This document shows, piece after piece, positions 1-9,713 of a DNA stretch of 64,000 nucleotides (within the stretch, counting starts at the first letter, position 1; every line of letters starts with the position of its first letter). The position numbers and the translations under genes are program-made. The notes under the pieces were generated by a model. That model was not told where the DNA came from. It was given only the letters and a program-made list of their open reading frames with translations, and made no database searches. Source of the stretch: an uncultured delta proteobacterium (GTDB lineage Bacteria > Desulfobacterota > Binatia > Binatales > Binataceae); contig CAVQEQ010000004.1 of NCBI GenBank assembly GCA_963711565.1, positions 128,001 through 192,000 on the forward strand. The letters run 5' to 3'.

Positions 1-108
1 GCGCCTCAGCCGGATTACTACGCGGCCCCTGAGCCTTACTACTATGGCGATGCGCCGGAGTATGATGCGCCGCCGCCGCAGGGCATCAGCCTCTTTTTTG
101 GCCTTTAA
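1..108 (+). CDS. 3' end of a Pro/Tyr-rich hypothetical protein (partial)
   Basis: Frame 1 reads APQPDYYAAPEPYYYGDAPEYDAPPPQGISLFFGL then TAA at 106-108; typical C-terminus of small secreted Pro/Tyr-rich proteins. Confidence 0.6.
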   Translation, partial: APQPDYYAAPEPYYYGDAPEYDAPPPQGISLFFGL

Positions 109-125
109 TGGCGAAACCGCTCGAA

Positions 126-158
126 GGTAGTGTCCTAATCGGAAATTAGGACACTACC
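126..158. repeat. Perfect 14-bp inverted repeat (bidirectional terminator or REP-like element)
   Basis: GGTAGTGTCCTAAT-cggaa-ATTAGGACACTACC, lying between convergent genes. Confidence 0.7.
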
Positions 159-210
159 CGAACTGCGCGCGGGATTCCCGGCAACGATAGTGTCCGGCGA
201 TCATCCCGGC

Positions 211-1220
211 CTAGAGCACCTTCGCTCTCAGTTGCGGAAACACTTTCGATACCTTGTTCAGCAGGTAGTCGCCGTAGGTACCGCTGACTGTTGCCAGGTC
301 GGCGCCGTCCCATCGACGGCCATGACGCCGCCGCTCGCCGGCGGTGGGATCCGGCGCCAGAATTTTGATCGGCTCCAGCACCGCGTCGAAACTCGGATCG
401 AGAAACAGCGGCATCGAGGTGCGATCCCGCGTCGAGACGTTGCGCACGCGATGCAATGCCGACACGTAACGGCCGGCCGTCAACCGCTCGAGCATGTCGC
501 CGACATTGCAGACGAACGAATCGGGCACGGGCGGCGCCGGCATCCATCGATCATGATGCCAAATCTGGAGACCCGCGACCGCGTCCTGCTGCAGCAAGGT
601 CAGCAATCCATAGTCGGTGTGCTCGCCCACGCCAAGTTCGTTTTCATCGGCATTGGCGGTAGAAGGCGGATAATTGAAAATCCGGAAGAGTACCGTCGGG
701 TCGCTTGTGTAGCGCTCGAGGAAGTAGTCCTGCTCAAGTCCGAGGCCGGCGGCAATCCCGCTCAGCAAGAGTTGGCCGACCGCAGTGACCTCATCTATAT
801 AGGCCAGCAGCGTGTCGCGGAATCCGGGCAGCGCCGGATAGAGATTCGTGCCGTGCAGCGGAACGCCGGCGCGAACCCGCGGATCGTCGGGTCCCAGTTC
901 GGTGCCGAAGTAGATTCCTTCCTTGCGATCGGCAGGCCCGAAGTCAGCTCACCGTCCACGGGAAAGTAGCCGCGCCACGCGCGCCCGCCATGCGCCATCG
1001 CGATCGTCATCTTCTGTTCGAGCGGCGAATCGAAGAACTTACGCGCGAGCGTCATCAGGCGCGCGGACAGGGCAGGGGAGATTCCGTGGCCCGTGATGTA
1101 GAAAAATCCGAACTCGCAGCACGCCTCGTCGAGAGCCGCGCCAATGCGGGCGAGGTCGCGAGTATCGCGGCGCAGCGATCCGATATCAATGACGGGAAGT
1201 GTTTCGGTTGAGCTCGTCAA
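211..1220 (-). pseudogene. Isopenicillin N synthase-like 2OG-Fe(II) oxygenase, split by a 1-nt frameshift near 930
   Basis: N-terminal half (LPVIDI...FGFFYITGHG...WRGYFP..GELTSG) is in ORF 795-1220. C-terminal half (HTD...H..R...R.S facial triad and RxS) is in ORF 211-768. Adding one base at ctg cc^gat cgc restores PDRKEGIYFG. Confidence 0.8.
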
Positions 1221-1227
1221 CGACGCC

Positions 1228-2274
1228 TCACTCCAGACCCTTCAGGAAATCACGCAGCACGCGATCCCACTTCTGCCAGTCTGCTCCGCTGGCCATGTGA
1301 CCCTTGTCGCTGCCGATCTCGAAGTAGGTCGCATCGACGCGCGCGGCCTTTAATTTCGCCATCACGTCGGGCGCGATGCTCGGCGGAAATAGTTTGTCGG
1401 TGCGCGACAGGACGTAGAGCACCTTCGCGCGAATCTTAGCGAAGTCCTTCTCGGCATTGTAATGCGAGCGCGCCCGCGCCAGCGCAATCATCGAATTGGG
1501 ATCGAAGGCCCTCGCCCACGATTCCGCGAGCTGATGGATCGCCGCCTCGCGCTTCGCTGGATCGGGAAACCTCGGAGCGAGTTCGGCCTCGATTCCGTAA
1601 CGCTTGAGCGTCGCGACGCGCAGCTCCGTCATGAAGCCGAGCATCTCCGCGTTGCCGTAATGATGCCCGCCGTTCCATCCGGGAGCCTCGGCAAATCGCG
1701 CCCGCAGATCGGCCACCATGCGGTCTCCGTTAGGCGCGTTGGGCGCGGTGACGACGGCGACGATTCCGCTCATCGCGTCGGGAAAGGTGACGCCCCATTG
1801 AAACGCCTGGTAGCCGCCGAACGACGGTCCCGCAACTGCTACCAGATGCTTCACGCCGAGCGCGTCGAGCAGCGCGCGCTGCGCGATAACGATGTCGACA
1901 ATGGAGTAGTCGGGAAAATCCGGACCATACGGCTTGCCGGTTTTCGGATTGATGCTCGCGGGCGCGGTCGAGCCGTACGACGAGCCGAGCATGTTCGACG
2001 ACACCACGAAATATTTGTTGGTGTCGATCGCCTTGCCGGGTCCAATCAGCCCGTCCCACAATCCCGCTTCGCCATTGGCGTTGAGTCCAGCCGCGTGCTG
2101 GCTCGAGGTGTAGCCGTGGGTGGCGAGGATCGCGTTGCGTCCGTCCGGCGCGAGAGTGCCGTAGGTCTCATAGACGAGCTTGAGCTCGGGCAGGACCTCG
2201 CCGCTCTGCAAGCGGAAGTTCATCGCCGAGAAACTTTTTACTTCGACCAAGCCGAGGCCGCTCTGATTCGCCAT
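1228..2274 (-). CDS. Homoserine O-acetyltransferase-like alpha/beta hydrolase
   Basis: LVYETYGTL...NAILATHG, W.GLIGPGKAIDTNKYFVV.SN.LG, nucleophile elbow GPSFGG, C-terminal GH. Confidence 0.85.
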   Translation of the reverse strand: MANQSGLGLVEVKSFSAMNFRLQSGEVLPELKLVYETYGTLAPDGRNAILATHGYTSSQHAAGLNANGEAGLWDGLIGPGKAIDTNKYFVVSSNMLGSSYGSTAPASINPKTGKPYGPDFPDYSIVDIVIAQRALLDALGVKHLVAVAGPSFGGYQAFQWGVTFPDAMSGIVAVVTAPNAPNGDRMVADLRARFAEAPGWNGGHHYGNAEMLGFMTELRVATLKRYGIEAELAPRFPDPAKREAAIHQLAESWARAFDPNSMIALARARSHYNAEKDFAKIRAKVLYVLSRTDKLFPPSIAPDVMAKLKAARVDATYFEIGSDKGHMASGADWQKWDRVLRDFLKGLE

Positions 2275-2325
2275 CTCATTGCTCCTGCGATCCTTCTATC
2301 GCGTGCAGCCGATTTACGAAAGCGC

Positions 2326-2363
2326 TTGACTGGGTTGTACGAAATAGCTTACAAAATTGTAAG
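2326..2363 (+). promoter_or_regulatory. Putative sigma70 promoter overlapped by a palindromic operator (probable TetR site)
   Basis: TTGACT at 2326-2331; palindrome CTTACAA-aa-TTGTAAG at 2348-2363 over the -10 region, upstream of the GST-tetR pair. Confidence 0.6.
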
Positions 2364-2398
2364 TAATCGCCGCATCCGAAACAAAGGAAGTTACCTCA

Positions 2399-3217
2399 AT
2401 GGACACCCCCGAGTTGTGGCAGTTCACCAGCTCTCACTTCAACGAGAAGGCGCGCTGGGCGTTGGACTTCAAGCGTGTGCCGCATATCCGCCATTCGCTG
2501 ATTCCCGGCTTTCACGTTCCCGTTATCAAGCGCATGACCGGCAAGACGCACGTTCCGGTGCTGAAGCTGAATGGCGCGGCGATCTCCGATTCAAGCAAGA
2601 TCATCGAGGCGCTCGAGCGCGCGTATCCCGAACCCGCGCTCTATCCCGCCGACCCGGATGAGCGCCGCCGCGCACTCGAACTGCAAGACTACTTCGACGA
2701 GGAACTGGGGCCGTATATTCGGCGCTGGATCTTTTACGTCATCCTGCCGTATCCGCAGTTTGTGCGCGCCGCCTTCGTCTCTCACGCCAGTCCGGCTGCT
2801 CAACTCGCGCAGCGCGCGATGTCTCCGCTAATCGGTGTGATCATGCGGCGGCAGATGAATATCAATCCCGCCACTGCCGAGATCGCACGCAACAAGACGC
2901 TGGCCGCGATGGATCGGCTCGAGCACGAGGTGCGGCCGTCGGGTTACCTGGTGAGCGATCGGTTTACGGTCGCCGATCTTACGGCAGCTGCGCTGCTGTC
3001 GCCGCTGGTCAGACCGCCGGAGTTTCCGTACAAGGCCGCGGGTCCGCTTCCGGAGCCGCTCGCGAAAATCCGAGACTCAGTCTCGACCCATCGCGCGTTT
3101 CGATGGACGCTCGAGACTTATCGGCAGCATCGCGGCGAATCAGCGGAAGTCGCAACCCAGGCGAATGTTTCGCGGATCAAGACGGATGCGAACCGGACCG
3201 CGAACACCGGCAGTTAG
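2399..3217 (+). CDS. Glutathione S-transferase family protein
   Basis: SHFNEKARWAL, VPVL..NG..ISDSSKII, YLV.DRFTVADL motifs. Confidence 0.9.
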   Translation: MDTPELWQFTSSHFNEKARWALDFKRVPHIRHSLIPGFHVPVIKRMTGKTHVPVLKLNGAAISDSSKIIEALERAYPEPALYPADPDERRRALELQDYFDEELGPYIRRWIFYVILPYPQFVRAAFVSHASPAAQLAQRAMSPLIGVIMRRQMNINPATAEIARNKTLAAMDRLEHEVRPSGYLVSDRFTVADLTAAALLSPLVRPPEFPYKAAGPLPEPLAKIRDSVSTHRAFRWTLETYRQHRGESAEVATQANVSRIKTDANRTANTGS

Positions 3218-3881
3218 CTCCAGGAGCCATCCCGCGCCGGGGCTCGCGCGTGACCGTACCACGGCTCGACGGCGTCGGAGCGCGGCCGAGACTCGCCATA
3301 TGATCCTCGAGGCGGCGGAGCGCCGTCTGCTTGTCGGCGGGCCGGAGGCGATCCGGCTTCAGGAAATCGCCGCCGACGCCGGCATCTCGCACCCCGCGAT
3401 CCTCCATCACTTCGGCAGTCGCGAAGGGTTGGTTGAAGCGATGGTCCTGCGCGGGATCGCAAGGCTGCAGGCGCAATTCCTCGAGGGATGGCCGAGCGCG
3501 AAAGAACCCGACATCGAGGGCGTCCTCGAACGCTTTTACGAAGTCGCTTCGCGCCGAGGAATAGCGCGCATGCTCGCCTGGCTGATTCTTTCCGGCGAGG
3601 GCAGCAGGACGATGACGCCGAACGTGTTCAAGCCCGCGGCCGAAAGAATGCACGCGGGGCGGCTTCGCCGAGCGCAGAAGGAGGGACGGCGGCCGCCCGA
3701 GTTGGAAGAGACGCTCTTCGCCGCCAGCCATCTCTTTATTCTCGTGCTTGGCGATTCGTTGTTTGGGCCGAGCGTGCGGCGATCGATGGGACTCGGTTCA
3801 AGCGCCGACAGCACGCGCAGATTTCGTCGCTGGCTCGGCAAAGTTATGGAGCGAATGGAATCGCGCCGATCAGCGCACTGA
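3165..3881 (+). CDS. TetR/AcrR family transcriptional regulator (start uncertain: 3165, 3186 or 3300)
   Basis: ILEAAERRL...IRLQEIAADAGISHPAILHHFGSREGL HTH. Confidence 0.88.
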   Translation: MFRGSRRMRTGPRTPAVSSRSHPAPGLARDRTTARRRRSAAETRHMILEAAERRLLVGGPEAIRLQEIAADAGISHPAILHHFGSREGLVEAMVLRGIARLQAQFLEGWPSAKEPDIEGVLERFYEVASRRGIARMLAWLILSGEGSRTMTPNVFKPAAERMHAGRLRRAQKEGRRPPELEETLFAASHLFILVLGDSLFGPSVRRSMGLGSSADSTRRFRRWLGKVMERMESRRSAH

Positions 3882-3890
3882 TTTTCGCGC

Positions 3891-4505
3891 TCAGCGTTTA
3901 GGCGTGCGGCGGAAAGTCCAGAAGCGGACGCCGCTGCCGCCGGCCTCTTCGCCGTTCACGATCAGCTCGAAGCCCTGTTTCAGATAGAACGCGACGTTGC
4001 GCTGGTTCTCGGTTTCGAGATAGCACGCGACGCGCTCCTTGTCGGCGCGTTCGAGCACCGGGCGCATCAATGCGCCGCCGAGTCCTCGACGCTGACGCCC
4101 CGGCTCGACGCCGAGCAGGAACAGGTACCAGCACGCGCTGGTCATGTCGCGCTCGCGCGCCTGCCATTCGCGTCCGACCACTTCGCGATAGCGCTGATAC
4201 GCCTCGTCGCCGATAAGGGTCGCCGTCTCGTGCAGCCCCGACGCTTCGATATTTTCGCGCGTCCATTTCGCGTTCGGCGGGAGCCAGAGCGCGACGCCTT
4301 CGAGCGCGCCGGCAGTCACGTAGACTTCGCCGGTGAGAACGCCGAAGCGGATCATCCTGGCGTACACGTCCGGCAGCAACCGCGTGCGTTCGACGGCGTC
4401 GGGAACGGCGTAGATCATCAGCGGATCGTCGTGGAAGGCGCGCGCGAGCGTCGCCGCAGCCGGGGGAATTTGGGAGTCAGCGAGTCTTACAATTTCCGCA
4501 CTCAC
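3891..4505 (-). CDS. GNAT N-acetyltransferase (puromycin acetyltransferase-like)
   Basis: LARAFHDDP, WYLFLLGVEP..QRRGLG, YLETEN.RNVAFY.K.GF. Confidence 0.9.
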   Translation of the reverse strand: MSAEIVRLADSQIPPAAATLARAFHDDPLMIYAVPDAVERTRLLPDVYARMIRFGVLTGEVYVTAGALEGVALWLPPNAKWTRENIEASGLHETATLIGDEAYQRYREVVGREWQARERDMTSACWYLFLLGVEPGRQRRGLGGALMRPVLERADKERVACYLETENQRNVAFYLKQGFELIVNGEEAGGSGVRFWTFRRTPKR

Positions 4506-4544
4506 GGATGCATCTTCGCACGCGCGTCCGCGATGTAGCGACTG

Positions 4545-6359
4545 CTATCGATACGCGGCGGCCTGGATGCCGTAGAGCTCGGCGTACTGGCCGCCTTTCG
4601 CCATCAGCGCTTCGTGAGTGCCGACCTCGGCGACGCGCGCGCCGTCGAGCACGACGATTTGATCGGCCATCCGCACAGTGCTGAACCGATGCGAGATGAG
4701 AATCGTGATTTGTCCCTGTCGTCCGTTGCCGGAACTGCCGTCGCGCCGTTCACTTCGCGCGGCCGCCGCGTAGCGCTCGAACAGCGCGTGCTCGGTCTCG
4801 GCATCAAGCGCCGCAGTGGGTTCGTCGAGCACTAGCAGGAGCGGATGATCGCGCATGAAGCCGCGCGCGAGCGCCAGCTTCTGCCACTGGCCGAAACTCA
4901 CTTCGACTCCGCTCGGCCAGGTCGGACCGAGCTGTGTCTCGAGGCCGGCATTCAGATGCGCGATCACGTCGTCGGCGCCGGCGCGATTGACGGCGGCCAC
5001 GACCGCCCGTTCGTCGTCGAGCCGCGGGACGTCGCCGAGACCCACCGTGTGCCGCGCGCGAAACTCGAAGCGGAAAAAATCCTGGAACGCGCCCGCTACG
5101 TGCTCGCGCCAATCGTCGGCGGGAATCCGCGCCAGGTCCACTCCATCTATAAGGATGCGTCCCTGGTCGGGCTGGTAGAGCCGCGCGAGCAGCTTGACCA
5201 GCGTACTTTTCCCGGCGCCGTTCTCGCCGACGATCGCAACCACCGACCCTTGTTTCAGATCGAGGCTGACATCGTCCAGCACATGGCGCGCGGTTCCCGG
5301 ATACGCGAACGACACATGCTCGAGCCGGATACCATCGACGAGGCTGTCCGGCGCCGGCGTGTCCGCATGCTCCGTCAGCGCGGCCGCGTAGTCCTCGAGC
5401 CACGCCAGCCGGCGGGAACCGTCAAGCCAGATGCCGCGCAGAAATCCAATCTCGCCGACGGTAGCGCCAATGTACGCCGACAGCCGCGATCCCGCCGCGA
5501 GCACCAGCAGCACCTGTCCCGAAGTTGCGTGGAGCCCGACGGTGACGTACACGATCGCGCCGATGTAACCGGCGCCGAAAATCAACCACGCGACCGTATG
5601 CCACGCCGCACTGCCCCAGCGCGCGGAAGCGACCGGCCCATACCAGCGCTCCCACGCCTCGCGCCGCATCTTCACCAGCCGACTTCCAATCCGCGTGACG
5701 CGCACCTCTTTGCCGGGCGGCGCGGTTGTCGCGACGGTGAACAAATGCCGCGCAAGACGATTTGCCGATGCGCCACGCTCTTCCGCGGCGCGCTCGATAC
5801 CGGGACGCCAGGTCGAGGTCAACACGGTCGGCAACGCGAACGCAGCCAGCAATGCGAGGATCGGGCTGATCGACATCAGCAGCACTACGGTCACGCCAAG
5901 CCGCAGGATCCATCCACACGTCGAGAACAGCGACATGTACATGTGGTCGAGCACGAAGACCTGGTCGCGTAGCACGGCGAGGCGGTCGAGGTAGTCGGGA
6001 CGTTCGTGATGCGCGATGGTCGCGACGGTGGCTTGCAGCCTTGCCACGTGAGACTCGAGCGCGATTGTCAGGCGGTCGCGAAAGCGGCGCTGAACGCGGT
6101 CGCTGGTCACGCGCAGGAACCAGGTGCCGACGGCGGATACGCCGAGCCCCATCGCGGCCGCGATTACCTCGAAGCGATCGTGACCCGTCACTCCGTTCGC
6201 CAGCAGCATCAGCCACAGCGCCAACAACGCGTCGGGCAGCGCGGCCAGCAGCGACAGGCCGAACGCCACCGTCAGCAGGCGCGGCTCCGCCTGATAGCCG
6301 CGCTTGAGCGCGCGCCACATCGCGGGAATCGCGGCGGGCATATCGTCATGCGGGCTCAT
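4545..6359 (-). CDS. ABC exporter, fused permease/ATPase subunit
   Basis: TM domain plus GENGAGKST, SFGQWQ signature and LLVLDEPT; likely start MSPHDD at 6359, overlapping the upstream gene's stop. Confidence 0.92.
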   Translation of the reverse strand: MSPHDDMPAAIPAMWRALKRGYQAEPRLLTVAFGLSLLAALPDALLALWLMLLANGVTGHDRFEVIAAAMGLGVSAVGTWFLRVTSDRVQRRFRDRLTIALESHVARLQATVATIAHHERPDYLDRLAVLRDQVFVLDHMYMSLFSTCGWILRLGVTVVLLMSISPILALLAAFALPTVLTSTWRPGIERAAEERGASANRLARHLFTVATTAPPGKEVRVTRIGSRLVKMRREAWERWYGPVASARWGSAAWHTVAWLIFGAGYIGAIVYVTVGLHATSGQVLLVLAAGSRLSAYIGATVGEIGFLRGIWLDGSRRLAWLEDYAAALTEHADTPAPDSLVDGIRLEHVSFAYPGTARHVLDDVSLDLKQGSVVAIVGENGAGKSTLVKLLARLYQPDQGRILIDGVDLARIPADDWREHVAGAFQDFFRFEFRARHTVGLGDVPRLDDERAVVAAVNRAGADDVIAHLNAGLETQLGPTWPSGVEVSFGQWQKLALARGFMRDHPLLLVLDEPTAALDAETEHALFERYAAAARSERRDGSSGNGRQGQITILISHRFSTVRMADQIVVLDGARVAEVGTHEALMAKGGQYAELYGIQAAAYR

Positions 6360-8172
6360 CGAGCGCAACTCCTTCTTCCGCGCCGGCCGCGGTTTCGCCG
6401 AAGCGCGACGCCTGCAACTCGAACATCGTGCGGTAGCGTCCACCGAGCGCCATCAACTCGTCATGAGTGCCGAGTTCGACCACGCGCCCGTGTTCGAGCA
6501 CGCAGATGCGATCCGCGTGACGCACGGTCGAGAATCGGTGAGAGATCAGTATGGTGGTAGCGTGATGCGTCGCCTTCAGGATGCGATCGAAAATCTCGCT
6601 CTCGCCGCGCACGTCGAGTTGCGCGGTCGGCTCGTCGAGCAACACGACTCCGGCGCCGAGCTTGACCGCACACAGCGCACGCGCGAGCGCAATCCGCTGC
6701 CATTGCCCGCCGGAGAGATCGGTGCCGCCCTGGTATCCGCGCGCGAGGATCGTGTCGAGCGACGCGAGATGCGCCGCGCCGGCTTGCGCGAGCGCATCCT
6801 CGATCGCGGCGTCCGGCGCGCCCGCGGGTGAAACGTTGTCGCGCAGCGGCAGCTCAAATTTGGTGAAGTCCTGGAATACAGCAGTCACCCGCTCGCGCCA
6901 CGCGTCGATGTCGAGTTCGCGCAGATCGATGCCGTCGATCTCGATCGCGCCTTCGTTTGGATCGTAGAGGCGGCACAGCAGTTTCGCGAGCGTGGTCTTG
7001 CCGGCTCCATTCTGGCCGACGATCGCGAGCGACGTACCGGCCGGAATCGTCAAGTCGAAGCCTGACAGCACCGGTTCTCCACCTGTGGGATACGCGAAGC
7101 TCACGTTGCGGAACCGAATCTCGCGCGCCGGCATGTTCCGCGCCAAGCGGTTGCCGCGCGCGAGATCGCCGGTCGGCGCCATCGCGGCTTGCAAGCGGAG
7201 CACAGCGCCAGGCGCCGCGGCGCCGTCGAGCGCCCATGACAATCCGCCGAACGCAATCATGCTCGTGCTGACGGCGGCGCTGGCGAATGTAACGACTTGG
7301 CCGACTGCGATGCGTCCAGCGGCGGCGTCCGCCGCCAGCGCCCAGAACACGATCAGGTTGGCGGACAGCACAATTAGCAGGCTCCAGAGCACGGGTTGCT
7401 CGCGGAGGCGAGTCGCCTCCCAGCGGAGATCGAACAGGCGTCGGCGTCGCGAGGTGAAGCGCTCGATCGTCCATGACGCCAGGCCGAACAGCCGTAGTTC
7501 CTTCGCGGCGGGCGGATCGACGGCTAGGCGATAAGCGTAATCCGCGTGGCGCTGCGCCTCGCGCACTTCATCTGTATTGCGATCGCGCCAAACTCCGCTT
7601 TCGCGCAGCAGCCAGTGCGTCGCAAGCCATGCACCTGCGAGCAGTATCGGCGCCCACCACGCGTACGCTGCCAACACCAGCGCGGACAGCAGTCCTCCGA
7701 CCATCTCGACCAGCCCCGACGCGATGAAGTCCATCGAGATGCTCATTGGCGGTCCGCTGATTCCGAGATCGAAGTCGCGCGCCATCGCCAGGTCGGTGGT
7801 CAGGCGCGGGTCTTCGAGATGCCCCATGCCGGGCGGGCTGACGCACGCGATCGTCAAGTGATCGTAGAGCCACGCGGCGACGCGGCTGCCAAGGTTCGAA
7901 CCGACCGCATGATGGAACGGCGGCGTTATCTGAAGCAGCACGAACACAATGCCGACGGCGATGAGCGGATTGGCGAGAGGATTGCCGCGCTGCACAGCGC
8001 CGACCAGCACGCCCATCGCAATCGCGAACAGGGCAGGGAGCAGTCCGCGCAGTCCGAGCGCGGCCCACCATGCGATCGCAAGCGGGCGATCGGCCTTCAG
8101 CAGGACGCCGAAGAACTTCCAATCAGGACGCGCTTTTAGACGATCGAACATCGGCACCATCATTCTGATCAC
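6346..8172 (-). CDS. ABC exporter, fused permease/ATPase subunit (heterodimer partner)
   Basis: TM domain plus GQNGAGKTT, LSGGQWQR and VLLDEPT. Confidence 0.92.
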   Translation of the reverse strand: MIRMMVPMFDRLKARPDWKFFGVLLKADRPLAIAWWAALGLRGLLPALFAIAMGVLVGAVQRGNPLANPLIAVGIVFVLLQITPPFHHAVGSNLGSRVAAWLYDHLTIACVSPPGMGHLEDPRLTTDLAMARDFDLGISGPPMSISMDFIASGLVEMVGGLLSALVLAAYAWWAPILLAGAWLATHWLLRESGVWRDRNTDEVREAQRHADYAYRLAVDPPAAKELRLFGLASWTIERFTSRRRRLFDLRWEATRLREQPVLWSLLIVLSANLIVFWALAADAAAGRIAVGQVVTFASAAVSTSMIAFGGLSWALDGAAAPGAVLRLQAAMAPTGDLARGNRLARNMPAREIRFRNVSFAYPTGGEPVLSGFDLTIPAGTSLAIVGQNGAGKTTLAKLLCRLYDPNEGAIEIDGIDLRELDIDAWRERVTAVFQDFTKFELPLRDNVSPAGAPDAAIEDALAQAGAAHLASLDTILARGYQGGTDLSGGQWQRIALARALCAVKLGAGVVLLDEPTAQLDVRGESEIFDRILKATHHATTILISHRFSTVRHADRICVLEHGRVVELGTHDELMALGGRYRTMFELQASRFGETAAGAEEGVALDEPA

Positions 8173-8210
8173 ATAACCGTCGAAGCATAGCTTAGGTTAC
8201 GCGCCATCTA

Positions 8211-9086
8211 TCATTGCCATCGTTTCGGGGCGGTCTTCAGCCGCTGAACCCCGAGCTCGTCACACCATCGCTCGAACCGCGCGCGTGGCACGCCGTTGAA
8301 TTTCAGATCGTCGAGGGATTCAGCGAGCGGGACCCTGTCGATCAGCGTCGCGAGCTTACGGTAGAGGAGGGCGTCGGCGCGATGCTCGACCAGCATCGCC
8401 GCGAGCTGGGGCGCGCCGCGCGGCTTGACCCTCCAATCGGCAACGTCCGCGGGAATCCGCTCGAGCTTTTCGTAGGCGCCGAGAATCATCGCCGCCGTCT
8501 TCTTGCCGAAGCCGGGCAGCCCGGGAAAGCCGTCAGCGCTGTCGCCGGCCAGCCCGAGGAAGTCCGGCATGCTATCCGGCCCGAACCCGCGCTCGGCGCG
8601 AAAGGCGGACTCGTTCGTCACTTTTTTCTGGCGCCGATCGACCTGCACCACCCGGTCGCCGAGCAAGCACTGGCCGAGGTCTTTATCCGGACTGAGAATC
8701 CGCACCTGCTCGACCTCGTCGCGAAACCGACGCGCGCCGCTCGCGAGTCCGTCGTCCGCCTCGTACTCGCGCATCGACCAGACCGTTACGCCGATCGCGC
8801 GAACCGCATCCTCCGCGGCATCGAACTGCGACCGCAACTCGGGCGGAACGCCTTCATCGCTCTTGTACGGCGGATACAGATCGTTGCGATACGAACGGAT
8901 CGGATTGTCGAACGCCACCGCGATGTGAGTGACAGCTTCATCCGCGCCATGCAGCAGGGCCAGCAACGACTCGACGATGCCAACGGTGGCTTTGGCATCC
9001 CGGCCCGAAGGATCGCGATGACCGGGGCGCGGCGAATAGTGAGCCCGATAGAGCTCGTAGGTTCCGTCAACCAGATGCAGCCTCAC
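8211..9086 (-). CDS. Stand-alone 5'-3' exonuclease / flap endonuclease (PolA N-terminal-like)
   Basis: LHLVDGT, AVAFD, YPPYK, YEADD, SPDKD and the H3TH motif LAGDSADGFPGLPGFGKKTA; likely GTG start at 9086. Confidence 0.92.
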   Translation of the reverse strand: MRLHLVDGTYELYRAHYSPRPGHRDPSGRDAKATVGIVESLLALLHGADEAVTHIAVAFDNPIRSYRNDLYPPYKSDEGVPPELRSQFDAAEDAVRAIGVTVWSMREYEADDGLASGARRFRDEVEQVRILSPDKDLGQCLLGDRVVQVDRRQKKVTNESAFRAERGFGPDSMPDFLGLAGDSADGFPGLPGFGKKTAAMILGAYEKLERIPADVADWRVKPRGAPQLAAMLVEHRADALLYRKLATLIDRVPLAESLDDLKFNGVPRARFERWCDELGVQRLKTAPKRWQ

Positions 9087-9345
9087 GCCGCGACCATAGC
9101 ACGGGCAGGGCCTCTCGCCTTGCCCGGCCTTGTTTAGGCCAGCCTCGCGTATCCAGTAATTTTTCCATTCCTGGCTCTTTACACAATCGTACAATCAGTA
9201 TAGTAATGAAACTGTTGGTTGTGGTCACCTAACGCGGACCAAGGCTGACCGGGACCGTCAGCGCGAGAGGTGGAACGAAGCCAAATCTAATACGGGGACA
9301 ATGGCCAATTTCGGCTAAAACATGATCGAAGGAGGACACGGGACA

Positions 9346-9516
9346 ATGGAAAAGATCACGAGGATGTTTGTGAAGGTTCGGGAGTATCAGAGCGGACAGA
9401 CCATGGCGGAATACGCGCTGATTCTCGCTGCCGTCGCGGTCGTAGTGTTCATCGGTTACGAGACCATGGGCACGACCATCACCACGCTGCTGTCCAGCGT
9501 TGACGGTAAGCTCTAG
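9346..9516 (+). CDS. flp: Flp family type IVb pilin
   Basis: GGAGG RBS; prepilin G|QTMAEYALIL with E+5/Y+6 Flp motif, then a hydrophobic helix; 56 aa. Confidence 0.92.
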   Translation: MEKITRMFVKVREYQSGQTMAEYALILAAVAVVVFIGYETMGTTITTLLSSVDGKL

Positions 9517-9536
9517 TTTTCAACGGGTGAAGTCCC

Positions 9537-9568
9537 TGGGGTGGCGGATCAACCCATCCGCCACCCCA
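9537..9568 (+). terminator. Strong GC hairpin after flp1 (no U-tract; stabiliser or attenuator)
   Basis: TGGGGTGGCGGAT-caaccc-ATCCGCCACCCCA, 13-bp perfect stem. Confidence 0.6.
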
Positions 9569-9713
9569 ATCAAAGGGCACGACCAGTGGTCGGAAACCTT
9601 AGCTGCTCGATGGCCTGACGGTCGTCAGGGAATGGTCTCTCAACGGGGACTGCAACCCAGCCCTCGTTTAGAGTTCGTTTCAAAAATCACGACCACCTTG
9701 GGAGGGGAAGTCA

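Noticed and set aside
190-9137. Long opposite-strand ORFs (190-969, 1462-2661, 4845-5972, 8214-9137)
   Set aside because: Typical high-GC antisense ORFs mirroring well-supported genes; no motifs
9205-9220. AATGAAACTGTTGGTT resembling 57434-57450 (AATGAAAACTGTTGGTT)
   Set aside because: Only a 12-nt exact core, in inconsistent orientation relative to the pilin and EPS genes; compatible with chance in 64 kb
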